This document shows positions 20,019 through 29,695 of a stretch of 64,000 nt of DNA, piece by piece (within the stretch, counting starts at the first letter, position 1; each line of letters opens with the position of its first letter). The notes beneath the pieces were generated by a model. The model was not told the DNA's origin. It made no database searches and saw only the letters and a program-made list of their open reading frames with translations. This DNA is from a virus (lineage: Duplodnaviria > Caudoviricetes): the IMG/VR virus record IMGVR_UViG_2910822364_000002, positions 16,849-80,848 of that record; one strand, written 5' to 3'. The position numbers and the translations under genes were made by a program.

Positions 20019-21308
20019 ATGAAGAGATTTCGAAAGTCGGCTATAGCCTTAGTACTTGCACTCCTGATGGCACTACAGGGAACAGAGCCTATTTTTGTAC
20101 AGGCAAAAGAGGCCATTGAGGATGTACAGAAGAATGCAGATTTCTCCAGACCAGAGGCTTTGACGGAAGAGGAAGCAGGGATTACAGATTCCACATCTGG
20201 AGAACAAGATAAGAGTCAGCAGTCTGATGCGGACGTACAAAATGAAACGACGCCATCAGAAGATACAGAGACGCAGGAAGAACAGACAACTCCAGCGGAA
20301 GAAACAGAAGAAAATCCGCAGGAAAAAGAAGTGGAGTTGAAAGAACCACAGGATTACTATCCGATTCCAGAAGAACCGGAAGGTGAACTGATTGATTATG
20401 ATGCCATTTCCAAGACTTATAAGACAGGGGACAAGCAGTATACAACCGTTTATGGAGGTTATGTCGGAACTTATAAGAATGAGGATGGAGATACCGAGCT
20501 GGTTGATAATACACTTGTAAAACCAGAAGAAGCAGATACTCCGGCATCCGAAGAAGCACAGGAAGCCAGCAGTGTAGTGGCAACTGAAGAAAAGGAAGAG
20601 AAAACAGAAGTTTATCAGAACAAGGCAAACGATTATGCTATCCTTCTTCCGGAACAGATGTCAGAAGAGAATGGTGTAACGATTGAAAATGGAAAGACCA
20701 GAATCGGGATCATTCCGGTAGATGGAGATTATACACATTCCGTTATTAAAGACAATGCGATCCTTTATAATGAAGTTTACGAGGGCGCAGATGTTCAGTA
20801 TACAGTACTGGATTCCAGCATTAAGGAAGATATCGTACTTCAGCAGCCAACAGACAGGGAAGTCTATGAATACGAGCTGCAGATTCCGGGGTATCAGGCA
20901 GAAGTAAAAGACAATCAGGTCTATATCTATCCGGAAGGGAAGACAATCAAAGATGCGAAGTATCTTCTGGAGACGCCATCAATGGAAGATGCTGCCGGGG
21001 AAATCAGTTTCCTGATCACATTGGAACTTCGGGAAGAAGATGGAAAAACAATCCTGACCGTAAAACCAGATAGGGATTGGCTTTCGGCAGAAGAACGTCA
21101 GTATCCGGTCAGGATCGATCCGACACCAGTAGAGATTCAGAAGAGTTCCTTTAACATGATCGGTGTGGAAGAGGGAAGTCCTACCAGTCAGATTGGTGAC
21201 AACAATTATCCGTATGTCGGATTTGATGATGGTATTAAGTCTGGGAACCTTGCAGGATTTGGTACTGCACACCAGAACTGCCGGACTTATATGGATATAT
21301 TTTTGTAG
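20019..21308 (+). pseudogene. 5' part of a large secreted protein (RHS/WapA-like N-terminus), truncated at the prophage junction
   Basis: Sec signal peptide, acidic linker, IKEDIVL and YPVRIDPT motifs typical of RHS/WapA N-termini; stop supplied 3 codons after the att core. Confidence 0.7.
21287..21299 (+). repeat. attL core TTATATGGATATA
   Basis: Identical to 62018-62030; lies just beyond the integrase stop and truncates the 20019 gene. Confidence 0.85.
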
Positions 21309-21310
21309 CA

Positions 21311-21342
21311 TGAGAGAATGTCCATTTTAAGCCATTCTCTCA
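21311..21342. terminator. Stem-loop downstream of integrase
   Basis: TGAGAGAATG / CATTCTCTCA 10-bp inverted repeat. Confidence 0.55.
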
Positions 21343-21348
21343 TTTATT

Positions 21349-21366
21349 TGTTACTAATCTGTTACT
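21349..21366 (+). repeat. Integrase arm-type site (left)
   Basis: TGTTACTAATCTGTTACT, tandem TGTTACT; matches 61908-61925 with one mismatch. Confidence 0.75.
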
Positions 21367-21383
21367 TGTTGAATATAAAATTA

Positions 21384-22409
21384 TTATTTCAACAAAAGAA
21401 TTGTCTCTCTTAATTGTTTTACTGTTTTATGATTATAAACTCTGTTTCCGATATCTTTAGATTTATGTCCCATCAGCATATCAATGCATTTTCTATTACC
21501 GCCTGCATTATCCAAAAATGTTTCAAAAGTATGCCTTGCCTCATGAGGCGTTTTCTTTTTCTTTGTTATATAGGCAATAACAACCTTCCATTCTTCATAA
21601 AAATCCCATTTTTTAAACTTGGAACCTTCATCATTTTCTAAAAAATATTCATTACTTTTCTCTAACCGTTTTTTTACAAACGGCATGATACGAGGATGAA
21701 TTGGAACAATTCTGTTTTTTCCAGAATCAGATTTACTTCCACCTTTAAAGTATTGTTCTTCTAGGTTTACTTGATCACATGTCATATCTAATAATTCCAT
21801 TAATCGGAATCCCGTATAAATATAGATTAAAACAATATCAACATTTTTTTGATCAGATATTTTCCATAGAGCTTCAACTTCTTTTTCGGTAAATGGTGCG
21901 CGTTTTGACTCTTCCTGCTTGGCACTTACAGACGTTAATTGTGAATACATTTTATCTATGATATCTAATTCAAACGCAAAACTGTCTAAATGTCCCCATA
22001 GAACTTTGATATGAGCTTGCGTGGCATAACTGCGTTCACAGTTATCTATAGTTTCTTGCATTTGATAAGCTTTTATTTGTCTGTATTTCATTCCGTAGAG
22101 TTTTTGACAATGTTTATAAGCTGATTTGAGTGAGCTTAAACGAGAGGTTCCAAGTTTGGGACCTTTTATTTCAAGCCATCTCGTATATAAATCTGCAAGC
22201 GTCACTCGGTTACGATCAATGTTCCACGGATTGTCGTTGTACTTGGCCAAAATGATGTTTGCTTCTTCACGAGTAGCAGCATAGTCCACTGGGACCTGTC
22301 TTCCGTGTCCGTCTTCATCATATGTAGTAACTTTTACAACGTATGGGCGTGATCGGTTGCCTTTCAATTTAGTTACACTTCCATATCCGTTTGGATTTCT
22401 TCTTGTCAT
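21384..22409 (-). CDS. Prophage tyrosine integrase
   Basis: RRNPNGYGSV arm-binding N-terminus, YTGFR, HEARH, MGH, VYNH catalytic residues. Confidence 0.95.
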   Translation of the reverse strand: MTRRNPNGYGSVTKLKGNRSRPYVVKVTTYDEDGHGRQVPVDYAATREEANIILAKYNDNPWNIDRNRVTLADLYTRWLEIKGPKLGTSRLSSLKSAYKHCQKLYGMKYRQIKAYQMQETIDNCERSYATQAHIKVLWGHLDSFAFELDIIDKMYSQLTSVSAKQEESKRAPFTEKEVEALWKISDQKNVDIVLIYIYTGFRLMELLDMTCDQVNLEEQYFKGGSKSDSGKNRIVPIHPRIMPFVKKRLEKSNEYFLENDEGSKFKKWDFYEEWKVVIAYITKKKKTPHEARHTFETFLDNAGGNRKCIDMLMGHKSKDIGNRVYNHKTVKQLRETILLLK

Positions 22410-22551
22410 ATACCATCATTCCTTTCCTAAAAAAGGGTACAAAAAATACACCCTTATCAAATTGTGTTTTTGCAGGATGTATGATATAATTCTCTTGTCT
22501 AGGGAGAAGTAATATCATATGCTGCAAAGTGGTTGATAAACTTCTGAGATT

Positions 22552-22581
22552 CCGTCCAGTTGGTAGCTGGGCGGTTTTTTG
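22552..22581. terminator. Stem-loop between ltp-like gene and integrase
   Basis: CCGTCCAG-TTGGTAG-CTGGGCGG followed by T-run on the + strand. Confidence 0.5.
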
Positions 22582-23505
22582 TTATTTATAAGCTTTATTT
22601 GCTCCGTATTTAGCTTGACTATTGGTAAATCCTTCGTATTCCAATTGTTTTATGAGACCAGATTTTGAAAAAGATTGACTTTCTAAATAAGATGTTGCTT
22701 TTTTGTAGGCCTGATCTTTCCAATTAGCGTTGCAATTATTTGCAGCATATTTGGCTTCTTTAGTTGTAAATCCCTCATATTTAAGCTGTTTTATTAATCC
22801 GGACTTAGAAAATGCATCATAATCAAGATAGTCGAAAGCTTTATTTAGAGCATTTTCTTCTCCCGTTGTAGGCGCGTAAGCCTCTGTAGTTTTTTCTGTA
22901 GTTGCTTCAGTTGTAACCTCTGTGGTTGTTGGTTCTTCTGTAGTTGCTTCAGTTGTATCATAAGCAGATGTGATTTCTATAGATTCAAAGATCTTATCAA
23001 ACTCCGAAGAATAATCATTTTCGGGCGAGCTCATTGCACAAACTACAAAATATCCGCTTTTTACAGGAAATACGAGCATTTCATTTTTATAAGTTTTTCC
23101 ATCAATAGATTTATTATAATATAACTTCTCTACATCAATACTATTTATTTGTGCATATTCGCCTTTTAAATCATCTTTATAATCTTGAGATTTTTTAATA
23201 CTATCCTTTACCTTTTCAACATTTTTAGAATCCAGTACATTACCATTGAATTTATGATAAACTACACTCAATAATCCATCATTATCTCCGAGCTCATTCT
23301 TATAATAAAGGGATGTATCATCTGAGTTGGAATCGGCAGCGATCCATGATTTTGGAATTTTATATTTTATCCCATATGAACTTTCTGTTTGCTCGAAATC
23401 TTTATATGGATCATCAGCTGTATCATCCTTTTTTGATGCACAAGCAATTAAAAAAATACAAATTAGTGATAATATTATCCCTAATGATATAAATCTTTTT
23501 TTCAT
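22582..23505 (-). CDS. ltp: Ltp-family host-surface lipoprotein (superinfection exclusion)
   Basis: Lipobox LIAC, Thr/Glu linker, two C-terminal repeats A...YL....FSKSGLIKQL.YEGFT...AKY.AN. Confidence 0.85.
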   Translation of the reverse strand: MKKRFISLGIILSLICIFLIACASKKDDTADDPYKDFEQTESSYGIKYKIPKSWIAADSNSDDTSLYYKNELGDNDGLLSVVYHKFNGNVLDSKNVEKVKDSIKKSQDYKDDLKGEYAQINSIDVEKLYYNKSIDGKTYKNEMLVFPVKSGYFVVCAMSSPENDYSSEFDKIFESIEITSAYDTTEATTEEPTTTEVTTEATTEKTTEAYAPTTGEENALNKAFDYLDYDAFSKSGLIKQLKYEGFTTKEAKYAANNCNANWKDQAYKKATSYLESQSFSKSGLIKQLEYEGFTNSQAKYGANKAYK

Positions 23506-23604
23506 AAATTTTCCTCCTGATATAAAAATATGTTATAATCAATTTGTATAGTTTACATATTTTATACACTAGAGGTAGCGGTGGCTTATTGCAGTAGGTC
23601 ATCG

Positions 23605-24027
23605 CTATTTTAATCTTAGTTTAATCAACTCTTCATTATATCCGAGTGCATGCGCGATCTGATCGGTAGTAAATTCTTGAAATTCAAGAAAAACTTCGTC
23701 GTCAATTAGAAGCTCAGTTGCAAACTTATCTGCTTCGATTTCCATTTTACTTACAAGAAGTCCAGTTCGTTTTCTTAAAAATGGAGTATTAGCATCAGGA
23801 TGCATAATTGCATGACCTAATTCATGTGCACATGTAAATAGCTGATCGTGATCAGAAAGATCATGATTTATATGTATTTGCTTCATACGAAGCTGTTTAT
23901 TGTAGTATCCACTAATGGATCCCAATGGTTCAAATATAACCTTTATCCCTAAATACTTAGCAATGTCAAAAGGATTATCCGTACCATATCTTTTCTTTAG
24001 TGAGTTTGTTTTTTTACGAATATCCAA
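23605..24027 (-). CDS. immA: ImmA/IrrE-family metallopeptidase (anti-repressor)
   Basis: AHELGHA zinc motif, E.EADKFA; TTG start with AGGAAG RBS; adjacent to repressor. Confidence 0.9.
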   Translation of the reverse strand: MDIRKKTNSLKKRYGTDNPFDIAKYLGIKVIFEPLGSISGYYNKQLRMKQIHINHDLSDHDQLFTCAHELGHAIMHPDANTPFLRKRTGLLVSKMEIEADKFATELLIDDEVFLEFQEFTTDQIAHALGYNEELIKLRLK

Positions 24028-24040
24028 TGAATCACTTCCT

Positions 24041-24481
24041 TTATTTTCTGTATTTCTTTGGTGTGAATTTTTGCTTAGCATTTATTTTTGCGATGGTTAT
24101 ACTGTTTTGGAGACTCGCTTTTAATAATTCTCTTGTTTCATCATCTAAAGGTTCTCCGGAGAACATCAGTCCATCTTGATCGGATTCTAACTGATCAAGG
24201 GTTTGTTCTAATCGTTTTGCGATATCTTTTTCATCTTTCTTAGTTAGCTCAATGGCTTGATCGGATTTTTCTTCTATTAAATCAGATTTTCCAATTCCAA
24301 AATAATCAGCGAGAGCTTGTACGCTTCCCATTCTAGGAATGGATTGTCCCGTACACCAAGTATTAAATGTTTGTGGAATAACTCCAATAGCTTTAGCCAC
24401 CTCTTTTTGGCTTTTTCCTGATTTCTCTAAATAGAAAGATAGATTTTTAGAGAATATTTTCTTTTGCTTTTCATCTGACAT
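24041..24481 (-). CDS. CI/ImmR-like XRE repressor
   Basis: N-terminal HTH (SQKEVAKAIGVIPQTFNTW); divergent from cro. Confidence 0.9.
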   Translation of the reverse strand: MSDEKQKKIFSKNLSFYLEKSGKSQKEVAKAIGVIPQTFNTWCTGQSIPRMGSVQALADYFGIGKSDLIEEKSDQAIELTKKDEKDIAKRLEQTLDQLESDQDGLMFSGEPLDDETRELLKASLQNSITIAKINAKQKFTPKKYRK

Positions 24482-24565
24482 TAAATCACCTCACTTCGTT
24501 ATTAATATAGTACAATAAAAATTGATTTTTTGCAACTAAAAGTCAAAAATAAATTGATTTTAGTA

Positions 24566-24594
24566 TTGACATCCATTTAAAATGGATTTATAAT
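24566..24594 (+). promoter_or_regulatory. Lytic promoter with palindromic operator in the spacer
   Basis: TTGACA (24566)-17 nt-TATAAT (24589); ATCCATTTAAAATGGAT palindrome 24571-24587. Confidence 0.85.
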
Positions 24595-24626
24595 AAATAC
24601 AGAAATTAAAGAAAGGCGGTGATGAC

Positions 24627-24860
24627 GTGACAAAGATGAACGAAGGTAAAGCAGTACCATTTCAAATTTCTTTAGCTTCAGCACGAGTTAATGCAGAAAT
24701 GACACAAGAAGAGGTCGCAAAACATATGCATGTTGGAAAACAGACTATCGTTAGCTGGGAAAAAGGGACTTCTGAACCGAAAATGTCGCAAGGAAGAGAA
24801 CTTAGTAAATTATATGGTATTCCAATTGACTATATTTTTTTACCTAAGAAATCCAATTAA
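24627..24860 (+). CDS. Cro-like XRE HTH protein
   Basis: SARVNAEMTQEEVAKHMHVGKQTIVSWEKG HTH. Confidence 0.9.
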   Translation: MTKMNEGKAVPFQISLASARVNAEMTQEEVAKHMHVGKQTIVSWEKGTSEPKMSQGRELSKLYGIPIDYIFLPKKSN

Positions 24861-24882
24861 AATGGATTTAAATAACCAGGAG

Positions 24883-25191
24883 GTGAGAAAGACGAAAGTA
24901 TTGAAAGATATACAGCCCGATGAAAAATTAGCAGAGGAAATCCAAAGTAATCTAGATAAGCAGTTAAAAGAAAAACAGCTAGAAGAATCAGAAGAGTTAA
25001 AAACTATTCTGCATGGAGTAACAGGTAAAGAAATGAGATGGGCGATCTATTCTGCGATTTCTAAGCAAAAAGAAAAACAGCGTTGCCAGGAACAAAAAAT
25101 ATCATCCCTGCAAATAGCTGTTATATTGCAGGGAATAGCTGTAATTATTTTAGGCATTGGTGGAATCATTTTAAAAAAATATCTACCATGA
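24883..25191 (+). CDS. Hypothetical protein with C-terminal TM
   Basis: GTG start after AGGAG; hydrophobic C-terminus. Confidence 0.55.
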   Translation: MRKTKVLKDIQPDEKLAEEIQSNLDKQLKEKQLEESEELKTILHGVTGKEMRWAIYSAISKQKEKQRCQEQKISSLQIAVILQGIAVIILGIGGIILKKYLP

Positions 25192-25573
25192 CAGAGGCTG
25201 TTGCAACAATCAAAGAAAGAATAGAAATAGTTTTAGAGAGTTTTGAATCCGCCTCTGCAGATAATGCATTTTGTTTGGCGGTCTCTGCAATAGATGTAAT
25301 GGCATCTATTTGCTGTTGATATTTTGCTTCTCGTTCCTTTTCTATTTTTCGTTGAAGCTCAAATTCAGCCAAATGAGCGCGGCCTAATTCAGTGATAGAA
25401 ACTTCATCAGATTCGTTTATGGATACGAGATTTGCATTTAAAAACATTTCTACATATCCATCAATAGACGGAAAATCGAAAAAGAAATCACCAGGATTTT
25501 GCCCAGGACATTCTAATATTGCCGTTAGAATTTCATATTGATATTCGGTAAGTTTAAATAACAAATTTTCCAT
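25166..25573 (-). CDS. Antisense moron-like protein with C-terminal TM
   Basis: Protein-like composition with wHTH-like N-terminus (SITELGR), AGAGGAG RBS, opposite to the early operon. Confidence 0.65.
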   Translation of the reverse strand: MENLLFKLTEYQYEILTAILECPGQNPGDFFFDFPSIDGYVEMFLNANLVSINESDEVSITELGRAHLAEFELQRKIEKEREAKYQQQIDAITSIAETAKQNALSAEADSKLSKTISILSLIVATASVMVDIFLK

Positions 25574-25778
25574 TAAGAATACTCCTCTCTTAAGACTCGG
25601 ACATGGCAGTGTCCTGTGAATTAAGTATAGGAGATATATGAAAGAAAGACAACAGAATAATAGCAGATGGCTTAATTCCCTGCCCGATGCACAGAATCCT
25701 GAAATCCTACCTAAATTGGTTAATTAAAAATAGCACTCAATCGTCGGGCAGGGAATTAAGCCATCTGAAGAAAGGTAG

Positions 25779-26174
25779 GTGATGAAAGTGTTCAAGGACA
25801 GGCTTAAAAAAGTAATGGTAGATCAAAATATCAACCAAGTAGAGTTGTCCAGGATCTGCGGTGTGAGTAGGTCAACCGTTAGCAAATGGATGTCTGGAGA
25901 TTCAGAACCGACAAAAGCAAGAAGAAATGAGATTGCAGAAGCATTTGATCTTCCAGAGAATTACTTTGAAGAGATAGTAATTCCTAAAAAGAGAATAGAG
26001 ACATTAACCCCGAAAGAAGTTGCGTATTTGATGGGAATGGGTGTTTCAACAATCGAAAAAGGACTGATTCAAGGAACTTTTCCATGGGGATATGCAATCC
26101 GGACAAGTGAAAATACGCATAGATATTTCATAAATGCAAAAAAGTTTTTTGTGACTGAAATGATAAGCGTATGA
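25779..26174 (+). CDS. XRE HTH fused to excisionase-like HTH
   Basis: N-terminal INQVELSRICGVSRSTVSKW; C-terminal LTPKEVAYLMGMG....GL..G.FPWGYA. Confidence 0.7.
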   Translation: MMKVFKDRLKKVMVDQNINQVELSRICGVSRSTVSKWMSGDSEPTKARRNEIAEAFDLPENYFEEIVIPKKRIETLTPKEVAYLMGMGVSTIEKGLIQGTFPWGYAIRTSENTHRYFINAKKFFVTEMISV

Positions 26175-26313
26175 GAAAGGAGCATAAAGATGCACACAGA
26201 AACAAAAGCGATGATCTGCACAGCAGCAGTGCTGATCGCAATGGGAATCTTTAAAGAGTTAGCTGCGGTATGTTTGATCACAGCAGTAGTATTTGAGGAA
26301 GGAGTGAAGAAAT

Positions 26314-27013
26314 TTGATAAATAAGAAAGAAAAAAGTGCCCACGGAGCGGCAACTCCATTAGGCACATTGCTAAACAAGCAAGATCAGTATAACACAGAT
26401 CGTCAGAAAAGTGAAATCAGAAAAATAGCAACTGAGATCTTTGATCTATCTCTGCAGCTGCAAGAAATGACAGATGGAACTATAGACTGGATAGATTGGC
26501 GAGAGCCAGGTGTTCCGTGCGTATACGTTGAATATCATGGAGCCACCGCAGTGCTAAGCGTTAAGATCTGGGAAAATGGATTTAGTGCAGAACAGCGACC
26601 TGATTACAGTACAATGCTGTTTCTCGACAATCCGAACTGTATGATCGAAGCAGGGTATCTTAAAGAAAAATTGATGGGATTATTAGAAGAAAGAAGAGGA
26701 AGCGACAATGAAGAGTGAAACAACGAAGAAAGTAACAGAAGGAATCGTAAGAGGTCATGTTTTAGATACAGCAGGATGCACAGACAAGGCAGCTGATGAA
26801 CTAGAAAAAGTGTTGGAAACCATTTTGTTCGAAATTAGTGATTGCGTAAATCCGGTTCCAGAAATTGCAAGTGATCTTACAGTGGGCGTTCTTAGATTTA
26901 TTGCAGACACTTTAGAAAAGAATCTGGATGATAAAGAAAAAGAAACTGCAGAACTTGCAAGAGACACTTTACGAATGAAATATAAGACGTTAGTAGTGAG
27001 AGCAAAAGCTTAA
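26314..27013 (+). CDS. Two phage early hypothetical proteins (26314-26718, 26708-27013)
   Basis: Coupled ORFs in operon orientation. Confidence 0.6.
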
Positions 27014-27028
27014 GAAGGAAGACGGACT

Positions 27029-27700
27029 ATGCAAACAATCGAAATCAGCAAAGGAATCAAACGGATCCAGTTCGATTCCTTTGATTCCTGGCTAAATGCC
27101 AGACATGGAATCGGTGGTTCTGATGCATCTGCAGTATTAGGACTCAATCCATATAAAACTAATACAGAACTGTATTTAGAAAAGACAGGACAGCGAACGG
27201 CTCCTGATATTTCAGATAAGGATTATGTGAAGTATGGACATGATGCGGAGCCATTACTTCGATCACTGTTTGCACTTGATCATCAAGAATACAAGGTCGA
27301 ATACTTCGGAGACAACATGATCCGAAACGAAAAATATCAATGGGCACATGCATCTTTGGATGGAGAACTAACCGATCAGGATGGTCGCAAAGGAATCTTA
27401 GAAATCAAGACAACTAACATCCTACAAAGTATGCAGCGTGAAAAATGGAGAGATCAGATTCCAGATAACTATTACATACAGGTGCTACATTACCTGCTAG
27501 TTACCGAATATGAGTTTGTGGAGCTAAGGGCACAGCTGAAATCAGTGTGGCAGAGTCAGATCAGATTAGAGACAAAAGATTATCACATTGAGCAATCAGA
27601 GGCAGAAGAAGACATCGAGATATTAAGACAAGCGGAAGAAGAGTTCTGGCAGAATGTCGTAAAAAGGCAGCAGCCGAACTTGATTCTTCCGGAAATATAA
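27029..27700 (+). CDS. YqaJ-like lambda-exonuclease-family protein
   Basis: WL..R..GIGGSDA, ASLDG, LEIKT, YYIQV.HY motifs. Confidence 0.92.
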   Translation: MQTIEISKGIKRIQFDSFDSWLNARHGIGGSDASAVLGLNPYKTNTELYLEKTGQRTAPDISDKDYVKYGHDAEPLLRSLFALDHQEYKVEYFGDNMIRNEKYQWAHASLDGELTDQDGRKGILEIKTTNILQSMQREKWRDQIPDNYYIQVLHYLLVTEYEFVELRAQLKSVWQSQIRLETKDYHIEQSEAEEDIEILRQAEEEFWQNVVKRQQPNLILPEI

Positions 27701-27910
27701 AAAGGAGAAATTGTCATGAATCGATACGATGAATATATGAAAGAGGTTCAGGAAAAGAAAAAAGAAAATCAGGCTATTGTAAATAAAATTGTGGAGATTT
27801 TAAAAGGCAATAACCTGACTGTTGAACATATTGAAGTCATCTTAAATATGACTCGTGAAGAAGTGATTAAAAAGGCGCACTTATAACAGAAATCAATAAA
27901 GGAGAAATAC

Positions 27911-28801
27911 ATGGAATTTAAGATATACAATCCGCAGGAAGAAGGATTCCTGAAAGAGATTGACTGGAACTATGAAGAGTTAAAAACAGAGATCCAGGGA
28001 AAAGCGAATGATTACATGAATCTGGTTTATACAGCAGATCAGGTAAAAGATGCCAAAAAAGATCGTGCAAATCTTAATAAATTTGTGGAAGTTTTAGAGA
28101 GCAAGCGAAAAGAAATTAAAAAACAGATTACAGAACCATATTCAGCATTCGAGAAACAAGAGAAAGAACTGGTTGGTATTGTTAATAAAGCGATTGCAAA
28201 TATTGATACGCAGATCAAAGGATATGAAGAAGCAACAAGACAGGAAAAACTTGAAAAGGTCAAAGAAATCTATGCAAAAACAATCGGTGGACTTGCTGAT
28301 GTAGTAACGTTTGACAAAATTTTTAAAGAATCCTGGCTGAATGTATCAACAACGTTTAAATCGATCACAAAGGAAATCACAGAAATTCGTGACAAGGTTG
28401 ACAATGATTTATTTGTGATCAATGCAGACACGAGTTCCTTTGCTTATGAGATGAAAGAAGAGTATCTAAAGAACTTTGATCTCACTGCAGCGATTAATAA
28501 AAAACAAAAATTAGAAGAGACAGCAAAGCAGAAAGCAATATATGAAGAACAACTAAAAGAGGAAGAGGAACAAAGAAAACAACGATCACAAGAAGAAGCA
28601 AAGAAGGTAGTATTTGCATGTAAAAGCACAGAAAAGCCAGTAAAAGCACAGGAGCCAGTGAATACAGGAGAAAAAATATCAACGATCACATTCCGATGTA
28701 CTGTAAAAGAACATAACTTTAAAGAAGTTAACGCAAGACTCAGTCTAGTACAAAAAGTATGTGAAGAATTTAAAATCATAGATCCAGAGGAGGAATTATA
28801 A
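27911..28801 (+). CDS. DUF1351 family phage protein
   Basis: WNYEELK...AKKDRANLNK coiled-coil signature between yqaJ and recT. Confidence 0.75.
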   Translation: MEFKIYNPQEEGFLKEIDWNYEELKTEIQGKANDYMNLVYTADQVKDAKKDRANLNKFVEVLESKRKEIKKQITEPYSAFEKQEKELVGIVNKAIANIDTQIKGYEEATRQEKLEKVKEIYAKTIGGLADVVTFDKIFKESWLNVSTTFKSITKEITEIRDKVDNDLFVINADTSSFAYEMKEEYLKNFDLTAAINKKQKLEETAKQKAIYEEQLKEEEEQRKQRSQEEAKKVVFACKSTEKPVKAQEPVNTGEKISTITFRCTVKEHNFKEVNARLSLVQKVCEEFKIIDPEEEL

Positions 28802-28802
28802 A

Positions 28803-29678
28803 ATGGCAGTTGGAAACAGTTTAGCAAACAGACAACAGAAAACAGGATTAACGGCATATCTTACAAATGATGCTGTGAAACGTCAGATCAATAATGTAGT
28901 GGGTGGCAAAAACGGAGATCGTTTTATTGCCTCTATTGTATCTGCAGTACAGGTTAATTCAGATTTACAGGAGTGTACAAACCAATCAATTTTAAGTGCT
29001 GCATTACTTGGAGAGTCTTTAAAACTTTCTCCATCACCACAGCTTGGACAGTATTATATGGTCCCATTCAAAAATAACAAAAAGGGATGCAAAGAAGCAC
29101 AGTTTCAGCTTGGTTATAAAGGATACATTCAGTTAGCAATCCGTTCAGGACAGTATAAAAAACTAAACGTTTTGGCAATCAAGGAAGGGGAACTGGTTCG
29201 ATTTGATCCACTGAATGAAGAAATCGAGGTAAATCTGATCGATGATGAAGAAGCAAGGGAAGAAGCAAAGACAATCGGATACTATGCAATGTTTGAATAT
29301 ACAAACGGTTTCCGAAAAGCTATGTACTGGTCCAAAAAGAAAATGGAAGCACATGCATTAAAGTATTCCAAAGGGTATGCAGCAAAAAAAGGATATACAT
29401 TCTGGGAGAAAGATTTTGATGGAATGGCTTATAAGACAATGCTTCGCCAGCTGATCAGTAAATGGGGAATCATGAGCATTGATATGCAGAATGCAATGGA
29501 ATCTGATATGGCGGTGATCCATGAAGATGGAACAAAAGATTATGTAGATACAGTTTCAGAAGAAAATATTGTAGCAGATCAGGATCTGCAGGAAACGGCA
29601 GAGGAAACACCTGAACCAGAAAAACAGGAACTACAGGAAGAAACAACAAAAGAAGAACCACAGCAGTTCTTTAAATAA
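28803..29678 (+). CDS. recT: RecT-family ssDNA annealing protein
   Basis: LSPSPQLGQYYMVPF, AQFQLGYKGYIQLAIRSG, MAYKT.LRQL motifs. Confidence 0.92.
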   Translation: MAVGNSLANRQQKTGLTAYLTNDAVKRQINNVVGGKNGDRFIASIVSAVQVNSDLQECTNQSILSAALLGESLKLSPSPQLGQYYMVPFKNNKKGCKEAQFQLGYKGYIQLAIRSGQYKKLNVLAIKEGELVRFDPLNEEIEVNLIDDEEAREEAKTIGYYAMFEYTNGFRKAMYWSKKKMEAHALKYSKGYAAKKGYTFWEKDFDGMAYKTMLRQLISKWGIMSIDMQNAMESDMAVIHEDGTKDYVDTVSEENIVADQDLQETAEETPEPEKQELQEETTKEEPQQFFK

Positions 29679-29695
29679 AAGAAAGGAGCAACACG

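Larger units (their letters stand above)
1..21299 (+). mobile_element. Integrative conjugative element (partial; runs off the window start, cut on the right at the prophage att core)
   Basis: Co-oriented mobC-relaxase-pcfB-virD4-virB2-virB6-prgI-virB4-cwlT-like module plus cargo; no ICE integrase visible in the window. Confidence 0.9.
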
